A stretch of 63,534 nt of DNA, filler included, from Platydemus manokwari (Eukaryota), in NCBI GenBank assembly GCA_037951405.1. It is 5 parts of 5 records of this genome, joined end to end, with 100 filler letters (N's around TTAATTAATTAA, not from the genome) between each part and the next. Parts side by side here need not be neighbours in the genome. Positions count along the whole stretch, not along the records: positions 1 to 13,465 come from JBBMOY011718065.1; positions 13,566 to 26,807 come from JBBMOY011789172.1; 3 more parts are not named here. One strand, 5' to 3'. The notes beneath the pieces are model-generated. The model saw only the letters and a list, made by a program, of their open reading frames with translations. It did not search any database and had not been told where the DNA came from. Made by a program: the position numbers and the translations under genes. This document shows positions 1 through 13,681 of the stretch, piece by piece (positions within the stretch are counted from its first letter, which is position 1; each line of letters starts with the position of its first letter).

Positions 1-3000
1 GTTCATTTTAAAGCGAGTTATAGTATTTTAAAGTATACGTTTACAAACGGCCATTATTTTCCCAACAACCTAATAATAAAAAAAAAACCAAAAATCTCAA
101 AAAAATCAATAATTATATGAAATACGAAATGATAAGAAGTAAGGACGTCAGATACAGTGGTAAAAAACTCGTGTTTTGTGATAAAGCAGACAGAATACTG
201 CATTGGAGTTTCGATTAGCAGATAGAAAAAGACACAACAAAGCGGTTAATTCAGTGTATGATCTGTTATAAATGACAGTGTTTCAGTAGTGAATCACAAG
301 ATCTCGATCGATCGATACCTGATTAAAGCACCGCATATATTTGTTCATCGTATTTTTATTGGTATATCTCAAAGGGACGATTATCTAGATTACATTTAAT
401 TCCCTGATATGATTTCAATATAATAGTTTTCTCTGAAATTATTTGAGTAAAATCGAGTGAAATATTCCAAAATTAATATAAAAATAACATAGCAATTTAA
501 GCTGTACTCATGCATAACCATACGACAGGCAATGGTTCAGTTAGCTTAGCTGACATTTTCAGCCAGGTTCATATCTAAAAGAGAATTGTATCAAAATGGT
601 ACCCAAAAAATAATTTCATCCCGTTTAATAAAAAAAGATCGATTAAAAATTTCAGAATGAAATATGAAAAATCTGGCTGATATTGCTGTTGATATCGCTG
701 ATGATGATATTGGTGTTGATTAGAGGGAAATGAAAACCAATTGTTATGATAAATTCACACGGATATTATTTCCTCCAAAGATTTCCCAGATCTCGTTGCC
801 AATTATTCTTATGTAATTGCTAATGCTCGCTCTTCATTTGTTTTCGTCAACAAGATTCATTTCTTTTATCGAGAAACGTGTCCGAGTGAGGATGATGTGA
901 GGCGGATTTATTTTTTGAAAAGAAATTGTTGTAAATATTTCAGTCATATCCACCAAAATCATATTCCCCAATCGAGGAAGTTGTGACAGCTAGGGAAACA
1001 CAACTTTAATCTCTATCGATGAAATTCTTTCCTTTCTCTCTCTCTCTCAAAAAATAGAGAGATTACGAAAACCTATTAAAAAAATTTCCTCAAATATAAT
1101 AAATGCAGTTTTTTCAAATTGAAAGGAAATGGGATCGACTAATGTGACCAATGGATTCAGTTGTTTCATTTTCCTACAGGGTTCGGATTTATTTGTTTAT
1201 TTGCTTTGGTTTAGGAAGCAATAATTAATATTTCAGTACAATTTTTCAAAATATTTCTCAACAACCGTTCGACTGTGAAATTATAATGTAAAAATCTAAT
1301 CCTCCGGAATAGGTTATTCTAACGGGAACATCATGGTAAATTTGGTGGATAATTTTTGAGATTCTTCTACTTCAGTAAAAGATTAGTTTTTAAATATTTT
1401 TATCAAATCAAAGTCGTCAGCATAAAATATTATGAGAAATATTTAATCCACTTCAACATGAATTGTCGTTGGGTTTCTTGGATATCAACAAATTTTTTTG
1501 CAATTTATATGTTACCGTGGAGACTGTGAAGATTAAAGTGTTGATGATATAAATAAGAGAAGGTTAAAATATAAATGAGAGGGTTTTCTGGAAACCTTTT
1601 TAATATTTTTGTTTTCACTTGCAGGCACACAAGTGGGTTATTAAAGAAATCAAGCTCATGAAGTCTATTTTAAATAAATTTTCTATGCAGTGATGTTTCT
1701 CAAAAGTTATGCCGTGGTTAATTAAAATTATCAATCTCACCTATAAGCTGTAATCATTTTATTTTTTAAAATTATTTTAATTTTTTAATATTCTATCTTT
1801 TTTTTTCAATCCTTACAAAAAATATTTAAAAATATTTCTGAAAATGAAGCTAAAACTTTCGGATAAAAGTTTAAAATAACTGATATATGATAATCAGTTA
1901 CAGATTTATAATAATGACTTGGCAAACATTATCGATCTTTGACTCTATGTTTTTCCCCTTTTCTCCCAGAGCGGTATTGGTTTTTAACCATATTTAATCA
2001 TGCCTTTCTATATATAATTCAGTTATTTTCTCCTGGATCGGTCAGCTTATGACTTTATTAACAGTGAAAGGAACATGTTCCCTGTAGAGTCCGACAGTCG
2101 GCCATAACCATCGTCGAATCCGGGTGTGATCAGTGCTCGCACGAAAGATCAACATCCTCCAGGATCAGAAGGCCAAACGCCATCAATCAGTCTCGCAATT
2201 CATTAAATCGGGTTTCCAACAGCCTGATCTGAGCTCAATCGGACTTATAGTGCTCGTTGATCCACCAACTAAGCAGATCACAGCCTATGATTGACAATTC
2301 ATGTGATTGGACAATCTCTTTCAATTTTTATGTGTTCCAGCGTCAAGCTGTTTTGGCTGTATGCGTATTTATCTTATTGTTTATATCAATAGCGTAATTA
2401 CCGATACATGATAATCAATTATCGAAATAAAGTAATTAAATAACATTTCACAACACATCCCATAAAAAGCATTATGAGTTAAAGATTCACATTATGTAGC
2501 ATCTGAAATTTTCGTTGGTGATTATTTAACAATTTGGCCAATTTATGAGTAGAGATTGGATTCTTTATCTATCGAACAAGTCCAGCACAGCATATCACTT
2601 GACTATTATTTTAAGAGTTCTAAATATCATCATCTAATGAGAAAGATTCACAATAAAGCATTATTTTTATCCGATTGTTTTGATAACAACCAGTCCTATT
2701 ATCATTCTAACCAATCGCCATATGATAAAAATTAGTCTCTCATTTATTGTCATGGTTATTATTAAATTATTATTAAATCTCCGGTTATCATTTAGGTTGC
2801 CAATCACTCACTGCTCAATGACGAACACAACTTGAACTCACATTGTTTTTAGTGTTCGTCAGCATAGTTTACATTTTTCCTTACAATTACTGCAAAAGTT
2901 GGTTTTTGATCGACAGAATTTCTAATAAAGAGTTTTGATCTCTTCAATGATCGGTTAATTTCAATTAGAATATCAGTATTGAGAAAATTAATTAAGTTTT

Positions 3001-4409
3001 TTAAACAATTTTCCTCCTTGAACATATGAGAAACGGTAGAAATCATATTTAAAACGGAATTATTTTTATATTCTTAATTGATTCCAGAAAATTTATTCAC
3101 TTTGCTGCAGTTAGAGTTTGAAATAATATTTGAACTTTTTCTCGGCTCACATTTCCGAACATGGATTGAATTTTAATCAAGGTGACGCATTCGTTTCAGG
3201 GTTCGGAGAGAATAAATTATTCAACGCAGATACACTAGATAATACAGTATATAATAACTGTTTAAGCGAGTTGGTGAGCCATATTTTAGAAAGATTAACA
3301 ATATTCATATATAGGAGCTTATTTTACTCAACTTGTTTTTCTCACACCTAAAGGTGATGCGGGATCGAAGGCCATGAATAAACCTGATCGTGTATTTTGG
3401 CAAAATAGCCAAATTATTATTATTTAATGCCTTTGTTTAATACTTCTGTTTAATACCTTTTCCCATAAGGGATTTGGACACCCTCCAACTTCATTCAAAA
3501 CAAATACCGTGGACTCTATTTAGCTTTTGAGAGGATAAATCGTTCATTTAAAATATTATTTTTTCTCTAATATTTGATAAAATTCTGAACATCAATAAAT
3601 AAAATGAAAAGTAAGTCCCATACAAAACAATGATCGCTCGTCAAACAATTATGAGCGATTCTTGATTTACAAAGCGACGATTATAATAGAAATAAATGTT
3701 GTTTTATTCATAAATTGAGAATCTTGTTTAATCAAATCGAATAACTAAATAATTTATTCCACAAATGGCTAATGAGAATTGTGTGTGTGTGTGTTAATGA
3801 ATTACATAAATATCTCATTTCAGATCAATATTTTCCCCTATTCTTCCTTACATCATGAGATTCTTCATTTTCGACAATTAATTTTATCGATTTATCGGAG
3901 TTAATTTAATCTTAATTTACAATTTCTCTCATTCTAATCGACCCCCTCCTATTTGCTAATAAATATTTTATTAAATTGAAGCGTATTGTTTTAATGAATT
4001 AATTATCATGCTCATAAAATATCGATGAAATATTGATTATCGTTTCTAATTGTGGTTCTATATTTCACACACAAAAATCAATTCATCAGATAATTTATTA
4101 ATTTTCTTTCATCTTTAATTCAATATTAAAAGCTAACAATGCTAGATCATATCCTGAAACCAAAACAGCTAATATTAGATGAGATGTATTCTAATATATA
4201 AATCAAACATAACTCTCTGACGCAACCATTCTATAAAGCAGACATTGAAAACGAACTTTCTTTAAGATGTTTGATCTTCTATGTATTCCTAATTATTTCT
4301 GTATTGAATTCTTCACGTGTTTGCCTCAATGAAAATTTCTATTTCTTCTCTTTTGAATATTCTTTATTTTCCATATATCTTCTCAGCTTTTTAATATCTT
4401 CCTCTTCTA

Positions 4410-4590
4410 CTATATTTCTATGCCATAGTCTTTCTCAGAATCGAATCCAAATACGTGATCACCATATAAGACGCTACTATTTGATTAAGCAGGCATTGAA
4501 AAGTAGCTGAGAAGTCACAGCCTAAAATCATTTATTTGAAAACAATGATTTAAACATTAATCATTTGACATTAATTTGTAAAACTTTTTT
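4410..4590. repeat. Interspersed repeat family A copy
   Basis: atgccatag...gaatcgaatccaaatacgtgatc...cgctacta...gcattgaaa...aagtcac matches 18790-18900. Confidence 0.65.
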
Positions 4591-6582
4591 TTTAATTTAA
4601 ATTTTTGATCTTCACAATAATCAAGGAAACCTCTTAATTTATACAGAAAAATGAAGACATGGTACCATTAAAGTTGTTCTGGTTTATGGTGGTTTAATTA
4701 TAGATAATATCCGGACAGATTAAGGCTAACATCCAGCTTTGAGGTCATCGGTTTGAACATCATATTTTCTAACCAGGAGCATTAGATAATATACATGTTT
4801 TGTGTCAATTTAAGGAAAAAAGATTATCCTGGATTGCAAAAATATCAATATTTAACATCGATTTTCTTGACAATCTTATTTTTTCGGTTTTCTTGTGGCT
4901 TTTTATTACCAGTTGAATGTTATAGATATTGTGCGGTAACTAATAAAGCTACGTTATAATCATTAGGATCAAGCTGTAAGAACAATCTTTCCATTATCTA
5001 TAACACCAGACAGCATAATCTTTTAATTATTTTCAATATCATTTTGATCCGCTTTGCCAAAGCTGCAACAAACCAGTGATCAGTTCCGTATTTCATCCAT
5101 AAACACTTAAAATTGTTTTGTTCGCGCATTTTTTTGAAAACCTGATATTTTATGTTGGGATTCATTAAACTAAAAGAAACAGAACAATCTAAACAAAATG
5201 GCGTCATTATTTTGTGAAATAAGCTTTTTTATATAGAAACCGACATGGCAATATCTGTGAGTCTTATTAAAATTATCTTACACGAAAAAACTCTTCAAAT
5301 AATTTTTTCGCTAGAAGACAATTTCGCAGATCAAAGCTCACCACATTTTAGTTTTCTAAAACGTAAGTCACATTGGCCAAGGGAAATGATTATTGGTATG
5401 AAAAAGATTACTTTACATACAAACGGTTATCTGCTTTCGATTTTACAAAATAGAAATTTAAGAAGATCAACCTAAAAATATATTTTATCGCAATATTCAA
5501 AGAAATTGACAAAGGTATTTTTGATCAATGATCGTCTTTAGTGTGAATATATTTCCTACTGAAATGGATTATTTGAAAATTATTTATCATCATTTTATAA
5601 TCTTGTCATTCGCATTTTCTTTCAACATTTGATTTGATTCATATTTCTTGTTATCGTATTCTCTATATCTTTATTCATCAACATTCTATCTACAGTATCT
5701 TCTCAATTACTAAATTTCTTATATTCGAGGGTCTCTTTTGGTAATTATATTCTTCTAAATATTTTCACAATCGAATCCAAACGCTAGGTCGCTATGTAAG
5801 CTGATATTTTATCAAATACGAAATAAAAAAGGATTGAAAAACTCCAACCTAAAAATATATTTTATCGGAATATTAAAAAAAAATTATTAAAAGATATTTT
5901 CGATCATTGGTAACTTTAATATAAATTTATTTTTATTTAAATTGATACCTGTTATCTTCAATTTTTTCTGACGGTTAACTTCGATAATGTAAATTAAATA
6001 TTTATCTCAAGATTGTCGCAAACAATTCAAAAAAGCTAAAACTGAGCAATTCAATTTAATGAGAAAAGCAAATTTTCTCCAAATAAAAACTCAGAATTAT
6101 TATTTTGATTTTTAATTTTAATTTTTCATGGAAAAATATTTCGCTTGATTTCCTTAGCTGTTGCATGCTGAAAAGGAGCAGAACAGTTTTGATAGAAATT
6201 AGATGATCATTCCCAATGAGATTTGTCAGTATATTGGATAAAGAAAATGAAAATAAAAAGAAATTATTGATGTAAAATAGGATCAATCTCAATTTTAATT
6301 AAAATTTTCAATTGTTCTTCAAATTTTATTTATGGGTTTTACTTATTTCTTTCGTAAAAGACAAGAATTAAAATATGAGGCATGACGGAGGAGGTAATCT
6401 TATAAAATATTTCATTGGATTTTGAATAAATGAGAATCGTTGTCAATTAATTTTTATAAAATTGGATTACCGTCTCGAATAGTGACAGGAATTAGATAAC
6501 ACTGGATAATAATATAATCCATTTATACCAGGTATGTTATTAATGAAATAATACTTTTGAGAAATGGTTCCACAACCATTCT

Positions 6583-8230
6583 TCATAATTGGTTCTTATC
6601 CTTTGATGGAAAATCAATGAGTCGCATATGAAAACCTTTTGGTAAAAATCTTTCCCATTTCATTAATTTTTCTCTACTTGTGGTAAAAATCGATTTTAAA
6701 GAGGAAAAGGTTTTCCTTGTACCAACTGCTAGATGAAGCGATGCGGAAAGACCAATTAATATTATGAATGGAGTTAAAGCGGAAAGGAATGATTGGGTTA
6801 TTAGTGGAGAATATTTTAAAATTTTGTGACGGTTTTCTCGTGACATGAGCCTTGCGCAAGCCGAATATCCTGTTAAAACCAATCAATGGTTTGATTTACT
6901 CCGTCAAATATCATAATAGGATTGAAAAATTTTTGTCTCATTATGTGAGCTCCAAAGTTGCAAAACAGTAACTTTAATCTGACAAACGACAGATCGATTG
7001 ATTGCGAAATATAATATATATCGATCGTGACAATTTCAAGGGATATGTTCCAGTTATTTACACCCTTTATCGTCGACGTGCCGTATATCATCATTTTCAT
7101 TTCTCACACGTGATGTATTGCACGGGGTCAGCACATGTTAAAACATGTTGAAACCAATGATGCTCATGCTAATAACAGATATTGAACTTACCACTGACCT
7201 GGTAACATCAATGATGGTGTGGAGCTTGTTGCTGAGATAGAAGCATTCATTGGTCAGATGATTGTTATTTTTGTGGACCATATTTTCGAGACACAGCTTA
7301 AATCCGATGAACCCGTAACCTGGAATCAGATAATGCCTCTCCTCCGGGTCCAGCGCAAGCGTCAGAGATGTATCTGCATTTGAAAAGTACCACAGGAACT
7401 CCGAATTGACTCAAATTACCTGTTTTGTCGAGAATGATTCGGTAGCAAAACCTGTTATGGAACCAAACTGGGTGAAACTTGTTAGCATGGCAATGGGAAG
7501 TGCTTAGGTAACACCTGATAGAAAATATGAAACATGTCTTGCTCCACGAACTCTTACCAACGCAACATATCCTTTAATCTGTGGGAGGCTTTTTCAATTA
7601 TTGTTCTCGGTAGAAATGTGAGGGAATCGTCTCGATAGGTTATCGTGCCTCTTTTCCATTTGTCGACCAGATTATCGTACAGTTGAGAACCGTTGGGAAG
7701 ATGGAATATCTCGTCTCCTCTAAAAACACCAATGTACCAATTTCAAACTCTATGAAAACAATTACGTTACTGCGTAATTACCTGACTGGATTGAGGTTAC
7801 ACAACGTTATTGGCACTTGTGATGAACTCCATTGTGAGCTAATCGATTCGTTCTTCAAATCATGACTGATCGATTGGAATCTGATTTTGTGTTGATTGTA
7901 CCACATGACAATACGATAAACCAGCAAAGTACCCATTGCCAGAAGCACGGAGCCACTCACGAAGCTGATCAATATAATAAAATGAATCAATTTTAAAGTA
8001 ATGTTGGTCAATCTTGATTTTTCTATGACATCCGTTGTGCGCGAGAAAACATTCATGATCCATGGATTACAGATATCATCGAACATCGTCAAATATCGAG
8101 TTATCAATTCATCTTGGTCAATAATTATCCCATTTATCAAGTATGAAACCTTTCGTTTTTCTCCCGTTAAAGTGTGACATCAAATTTTAACAGAATATTC
8201 CAATACAAAAACACTTACCGTATGGTCCAT
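6583..8230 (-). CDS. Divergent DEG/ENaC (ASIC/pickpocket-like) channel subunit; 5' five exons supported, 3' end unresolved or truncated
   Basis: Phase-consistent GT-AG exons 8230-8219, 8149-7782, 7719-7558, 7514-7420 and 7373-7192. They encode TM1 (LIHFIILISFVSGSVLLAMGTLLVYRIVMWY), then VPITLCNLNPVR (the FPAVTxCNxNxxR signature), SHRLKDMLRWCYLSTSHCHANKF, RFCYRI and LTLALDPEERHYLIPGYGFIGFKL, in DEG/ENaC order. The next exon is either 6869-6816 (DIRLAQGSCHEKTVTKF*) or the hydrophobic ORF ending at 6583. The short first exon is the least certain part. Confidence 0.75.
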
Positions 8231-10440
8231 ATTTTCCTCATCTCTCTCGCTGTCTGTTTATAGAATAAATTTCCTCATGCCTTATTTCACCAGACAACAT
8301 GACTTGAAATTGAAAATCAAATCTTTTAAAGTTGGGAAAAAAGATTTCATTGTCAACCAATCATATTTGAGAGAATTGTATTTATCATTCGTCCAACCAA
8401 CTAATTTTTTTATCCAGTGATGATTGGCAATCGATTGTGAGAATAATGTGGCCCCTTCCTGTTTCAATAAAGGCATTTATTGATTGAGTTGTAGCTTATC
8501 GATTTTTTTCTGGTTCAATAGGTTCATCGAAGTGCTTTGTTCTGTCATCATTCAGGAAGCAAGTGAATTCAAGTTCACCAAAAAAATTTAATTTTTCACA
8601 ATTGTTAATGGATTACTAGAGGGGAATATGTTTTGTTAATTGGTTCGAAATTATTTACATCAATAACTGTGATGATAATGAAATGAGATTTTGATATCAA
8701 TTGATATCAAGGGTATAATAAGAGGGGGTTGTGTGGATGATGAAATATTTTCCCATTACCACTTTTATGCTGCAGTTGGCATCGATATCATTTAATCAAT
8801 TAATTGGTCTTTTTATTTGGCTTTCAATAAATTTTATTTGTTTTTAACAATATCGATATCGGGCTCATATGAAAATATAACGGATGATCCTGATATGGAG
8901 TAGATCAATCTGCTTTGTGATCTTGTTATCAATATCAACTGATTGGTTTGAAGCGATATATTTATACGGCATTTCATGAACAATGTCGACAATAGTTCGA
9001 ATAATTAATTCTAGTGATAGATATGTTGATATGGAACCAAACATTGCATTACGATGAGTTGCTAGCTGATTAAAAACAAAATAATTCCTATTTGTTCCAT
9101 TAAATCACTTGATGGGCTAAGACTATTTGAATGCCACTGACAGTACAGAGAACAGTGTCATCTAAATCCAAGAAGCGATGAACATCAAACTCTCAAATCA
9201 CAGTTAGTGCCAAAATCAGATCATTTCATTTATCTGGAAGCTCAAACTGACCTAGAAATGTAACCCATTATATATTATTTATTTTTATAATACATGACAG
9301 ATATTTTCTTTTGTTTCTTTATCCTGTCCATTTATTGGCAAAACTAAATTTTTTTGATCTAACCTGATACATGGACATGCTGTTTCTTTATGATTTCTTA
9401 CTTATTGCATCTGTGATTGTGGGAAAAAAAATACAAAGATTCATTAGATGAAGCTATTTTCATCCCACTTTACAAGATTTATAAAGATTCGGCAATCAAA
9501 ATCGATCCATATGATTCTTTCATCTCCTATTCCGATCATCTAAAAGTCATTTAATCGACGAACATAGCTATAGCCAATCAAAATCGATTAACAAAATCTT
9601 ATCAAAACAGACATTATATTATTAATATAATGAAAGCTAAAATAAAATCTTTTAAAATTTATTAAGCCTATTAATTATAATAATCGATCTAATTATAATA
9701 ATCGATAAAATTATATATCAGAAATTATTAAAAATAATAATGGGATTTTTATATATATTCGATCACATGAATTGCAACATTTAACAATTATAAGACATCA
9801 TTCTAGTAGTCATATCTTTGATGATGATATATTTGTAGACATAAATTGATGAAGATTATAAAATATAATTTTTGTGAAAAATTGACCAATTAATGATTCA
9901 TAAAAGACATATTTAATTGGTCATCGAGAGAGACATGCCAAATATACAACAATGGTAATATGTGAGTCGATTATTATTATTGATGAGGCGTTTTATAAAA
10001 TAATCAATCCATTTTTTTAACGTTTATTTGTCTCAAAATAACAATTGTAAGTAGTAATCCACGAAATGATTCGTTGCCAAGCAACAATGGAAAATTAACC
10101 GAAATAGTTTCGAAATGAGCTGTGAAAATATATTTGTCGGTTGTTTTGAATCTAGAATTCCAATGTCAACTATGATCATTATGGCGGTTGTTTGTGAATT
10201 ATTGATGATAACTGGCAGATTTGACAATCCAAATCAAATGTGTTGGGTTTTATAAAATGAATATATAATGACGATATTGGGTCAATGATAAACCCAGTTG
10301 TGTGCCCAATCAATATGATAATTGATAATACATATCAAACAAGAGGTCTAATGAATTTAACAGAATCACACTTGTAAGGGAATAACTGAGGGTTCGAATG
10401 CAATAAAAATCGGCTAAAGGTAAGAATAGGAACATAAATA

Positions 10441-10560
10441 AAAATTTTAATTCATTGAGTGTGTTTCAAAAAATTATAAATTATATTTAATTATATTCAT
10501 TAAAAATGCTTTGAATTTTATATTTATTTATCTAAGAATAATTCCAGCCGTATAAAATCA
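10441..10560. mobile_element. Short degraded MITE family B fragment
   Basis: ttgagtgtgtttcaaaaa...ttaattatatt...tttgaattttta resembles 31390-31470. Confidence 0.45.
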
Positions 10561-11130
10561 GAAAATAAACATTAATAAACATGCCAAAGGTTTGTCAAGT
10601 TGATGATTGTGTTGAAACATTATAAATTATAATTAACAGGTTTCATTTGCAGCTGGAAGAACATACTTGAGGAAATTCTATAAAGATTTCCTGAAACGGC
10701 AAAGCATCTCATAGACGACGATGCTACAAATGTAAGAAGAATAGATATTAGGATAGGAACTTGTGTTATCAGTTCTATTGTTAGGACTTGATTCTGAATA
10801 GTTTAATATTTGCTGGCTCCGAAAATTCACGTACGACTTACAAAGTATTACAAAATTACAGCAAAAACTTGACTTTCAGCTACACAATTGACTTACAATA
10901 CAATGTCTCAAAAAACGAAACCAAAACTTGGCTTCCAATCGACAGTTTCCCACCTTTACATCGGGATCTTGTACTCGGAATCTGTATATATTATATTTGT
11001 CACATCTCTATCTTATTTTTATTTGATCTTAATTTTCGTATATTTCTATCGGGCTTTTGTAAATGCTGGATTGATAAACTGTTCTTTCGAGGTATAATCT
11101 GTTCTGTAAGTTCTTTTGACTAAGGTCAAG

Positions 11131-11132
<2 letters not shown>

Positions 11133-11190
<58 letters not shown>

Positions 11191-11201
11191 TAATAATAAT
11201 A
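11133..11201. repeat. (AAT)n microsatellite
   Basis: About 22 AAT units with one interruption, in Tectonic intron 5. Confidence 0.95.
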
Positions 11202-11242
11202 AATTAACATTATAAATATAATTTTTAAACGAATAATATTAC

Positions 11243-11960
11243 GAATCGGAACGCCCTCAACGCATATCGAATTCGGTCCAGAGCGAGGCATCGAAAGAAA
11301 CCCGACGTACGAATTTGGTTCAAACGTATAAATGGGCGATCCAGCCTGAAGTTAAAAGTTGGACTGAAAAATATGTAAAAGGAAAAAGGTCGAACTGTGT
11401 ATCGAGAAATATTGAATGTCGAATTGGGAAAGAAAAACGGGTATTGGATTGGTGCGATTGTTGATGGATTGCCGGTGTTAAATGAGCCAATATCTGGCGG
11501 ATAATAATAGTTTCGTAGCGTATCTTTATCAATAATCAATATTGGAATGATTGGTGAAGTCAAATCTTACAATTATCTCTGTAAATGCAGTATTGATTGC
11601 CATCATTGTTGACATTAAATGACGTATTGTTCCCGAAGAGCACATCCGTTGGAACGCAACCATATGAAGCTGGACTGTTGATCTTAAGCATTAATATTCG
11701 ACATCAAACCAATAAAACTACCTTGTCTGATTATTCACGCATGTAAATGATTGCTTTAGTGTATCCGAACAGGTTGAATCACAACAACATCCGATATCAC
11801 AGATATTTGCTGTCAAATCACAAGTACATGGGCCGTTATCTTTTTAAATTATTTAACACATTTAAGAAACATAGATGACAAATGAAAACCAACTCGGTAT
11901 TACAAATTGCGCATGATATAATGAAATAAGAATATTAATTATCAAAATTATTTTAAGCAT
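11243..11960 (-). CDS. TCTN: Tectonic (ciliary transition-zone protein), 5' exons 1-5 only (173 codons)
   Basis: Exons 11960-11894, 11839-11722, 11674-11571, 11523-11396 and 11345-11243, with 47-54 nt introns and consistent phases. They encode a signal peptide MLKIILIINILISLYHAQ, the Tectonic Cys motif GPCTCDLTANICDIGCCCDSTC, QYCIYRDN and YTAGSPI...GFLSMPRSGPNSICVEGVPI. No downstream exon was found in the window. Confidence 0.88.
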
Positions 11961-13465
11961 AGCGTCTGTAGTAACAAAATAATGAATATTAAAACAAATG
12001 GTATTTTATTTGATTTTATTTAAATATATAATGAACAGTTTCAATATAATCTGGATGAAATTTGTTCAACTTACTTTATGTTAGTCAAAATATATTTTAA
12101 AATTATTGTACATATCTATCTATTGTAAAACAACCTTAATTTGATAATTTTGATAATAATTTTAATACCTAGAAAAATTATTGAATTTCATTTCATTTTT
12201 AATATTTTAATTAAAAAGCCATTAATGTTGGATAAATATGATTATTGATTGAACAATTTCTACTGGAAGAGATTAAATAATCAAGTGACCAGAAATTAGT
12301 CATCACTTCTAAAATTTATCAGGAAAAATTCATTTGGCAGTTCGATATTGTTAAACTTGTATAGTGCTTACCTATATATTTGTTTGCTTTCAAATAACTC
12401 ATTTATTGCAATCTTGTCTTTCTAACTACTATAATAAATTTTACAATTAATAATGCTATACAATTAGTACTACTATAAATTTCCATATCAATTAATCAGT
12501 CTCAAATTTCGAAATCTGTGGCCTGTGGTTTTAATAGAACTGCACATTGCTTATATAAAATTACAATCACTTAACATATTGTGTAGATTACCATTTTGTT
12601 GCGTAATATTATTTTATCAAAACACTAAAATGAGAGTTCGATGAAATATTACATTTATTCCCAATGAATAAGAAATTGCATATTTTTTGTCAATCTCTAT
12701 ATAAATGAAGATTTGTTTATTAACAAGTACTTTATTTATTCAAAATTTATTAAATATTTATTCAAAAATCCATTTTAACTTTAATCAAAAATCCACCAGG
12801 AACAAGCTCACTGTTTTGTCTCAAATAGTGATACTTGTAAGATAAAAAGATGGGCTTAAGCTTTCTTGTCCAGATAATCGTGTAACGTGATAGATCAGTT
12901 AATATAGATTCTATTAATGTACATTAAAAATGTGTTTATACCAAAATAATTAACTTAAATGCCTCAATGAAATTTACAAACAATTTAGCTCAAACGGATA
13001 TTGATGTTGCGAAACGACTAACTATACGCAACCGAAAATGTCTTTATTTGTCACAAATAGATTTTAGAATAGTTGTATTCAATTTGTCTTATAAGACTGA
13101 ATAATTATAAATTTACTTAACTTTGAACAATTATATTCTCCAGATTCTCTTGGAATATATTCTTTTCCAACAAATCTTGCAACATCCAAAAATCAACATT
13201 CAGAGTTGATATATATTGATTAAAACATCGCTTTTGAAAATTATCAGAAGTCATGATATTATCGGGCGCTTTCTGAATCCATAAAAACCGTTTCAATTTT
13301 AATTTTAATTAAATAGATAATTTATAATTAAATAAATTCTGCTTATCTATCAAAAATTCTTTTATTTTTAATGAAATTCTGGGAATATAACTAATTGCTA
13401 GTGCTTAGATTTTTAGTTGTGTATATATTATATCTGGATGATCTTATAATATAAGATACGCAATA

Positions 13466-13565
13466 NNNNNNNNNNNNNNNNNNNNNNNNNNNNNNNNNNN
13501 NNNNNNNNNTTAATTAATTAANNNNNNNNNNNNNNNNNNNNNNNNNNNNNNNNNNNNNNNNNNNN
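13466..13565. other. Assembly gap spacer (N44-TTAATTAATTAA-N44)
   Basis: Exactly 100 nt; the central 12-mer has a stop in all six frames; identical to the other three gaps. Confidence 0.98.
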
Positions 13566-13681
13566 GTTTTTAAAAAGATATAATGTTTCAAGCTATCAAT
13601 ATTTATGTGCTTCATAGCTAGTTGATAGATTATAAATTCCAAATTAGTTATGAAGCCTTCATTGTCATTTTGTTTATTCAG

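Noticed and set aside
2040-2300. GC-richer island, possible ncRNA or exon
   Set aside because: No tRNA, snRNA or spliced-leader motif recognised, and the frames I read were interrupted by stops.
3110-3420. Exon-like plus-strand segment with a gtgagc donor
   Set aside because: Phases do not join into an open frame and no family is recognisable.
10690-11123. RRRCYKCKKNRY*DRNLC knuckle-like peptide and adjacent 111-aa ORF
   Set aside because: Too degenerate (stop codon, missing His); probably retroelement debris and not a Tectonic exon.
13510-13521. TTAATTAATTAA palindrome recurring four times within N runs
   Set aside because: Artificial six-frame-stop spacer inserted at scaffold gaps; not biological.
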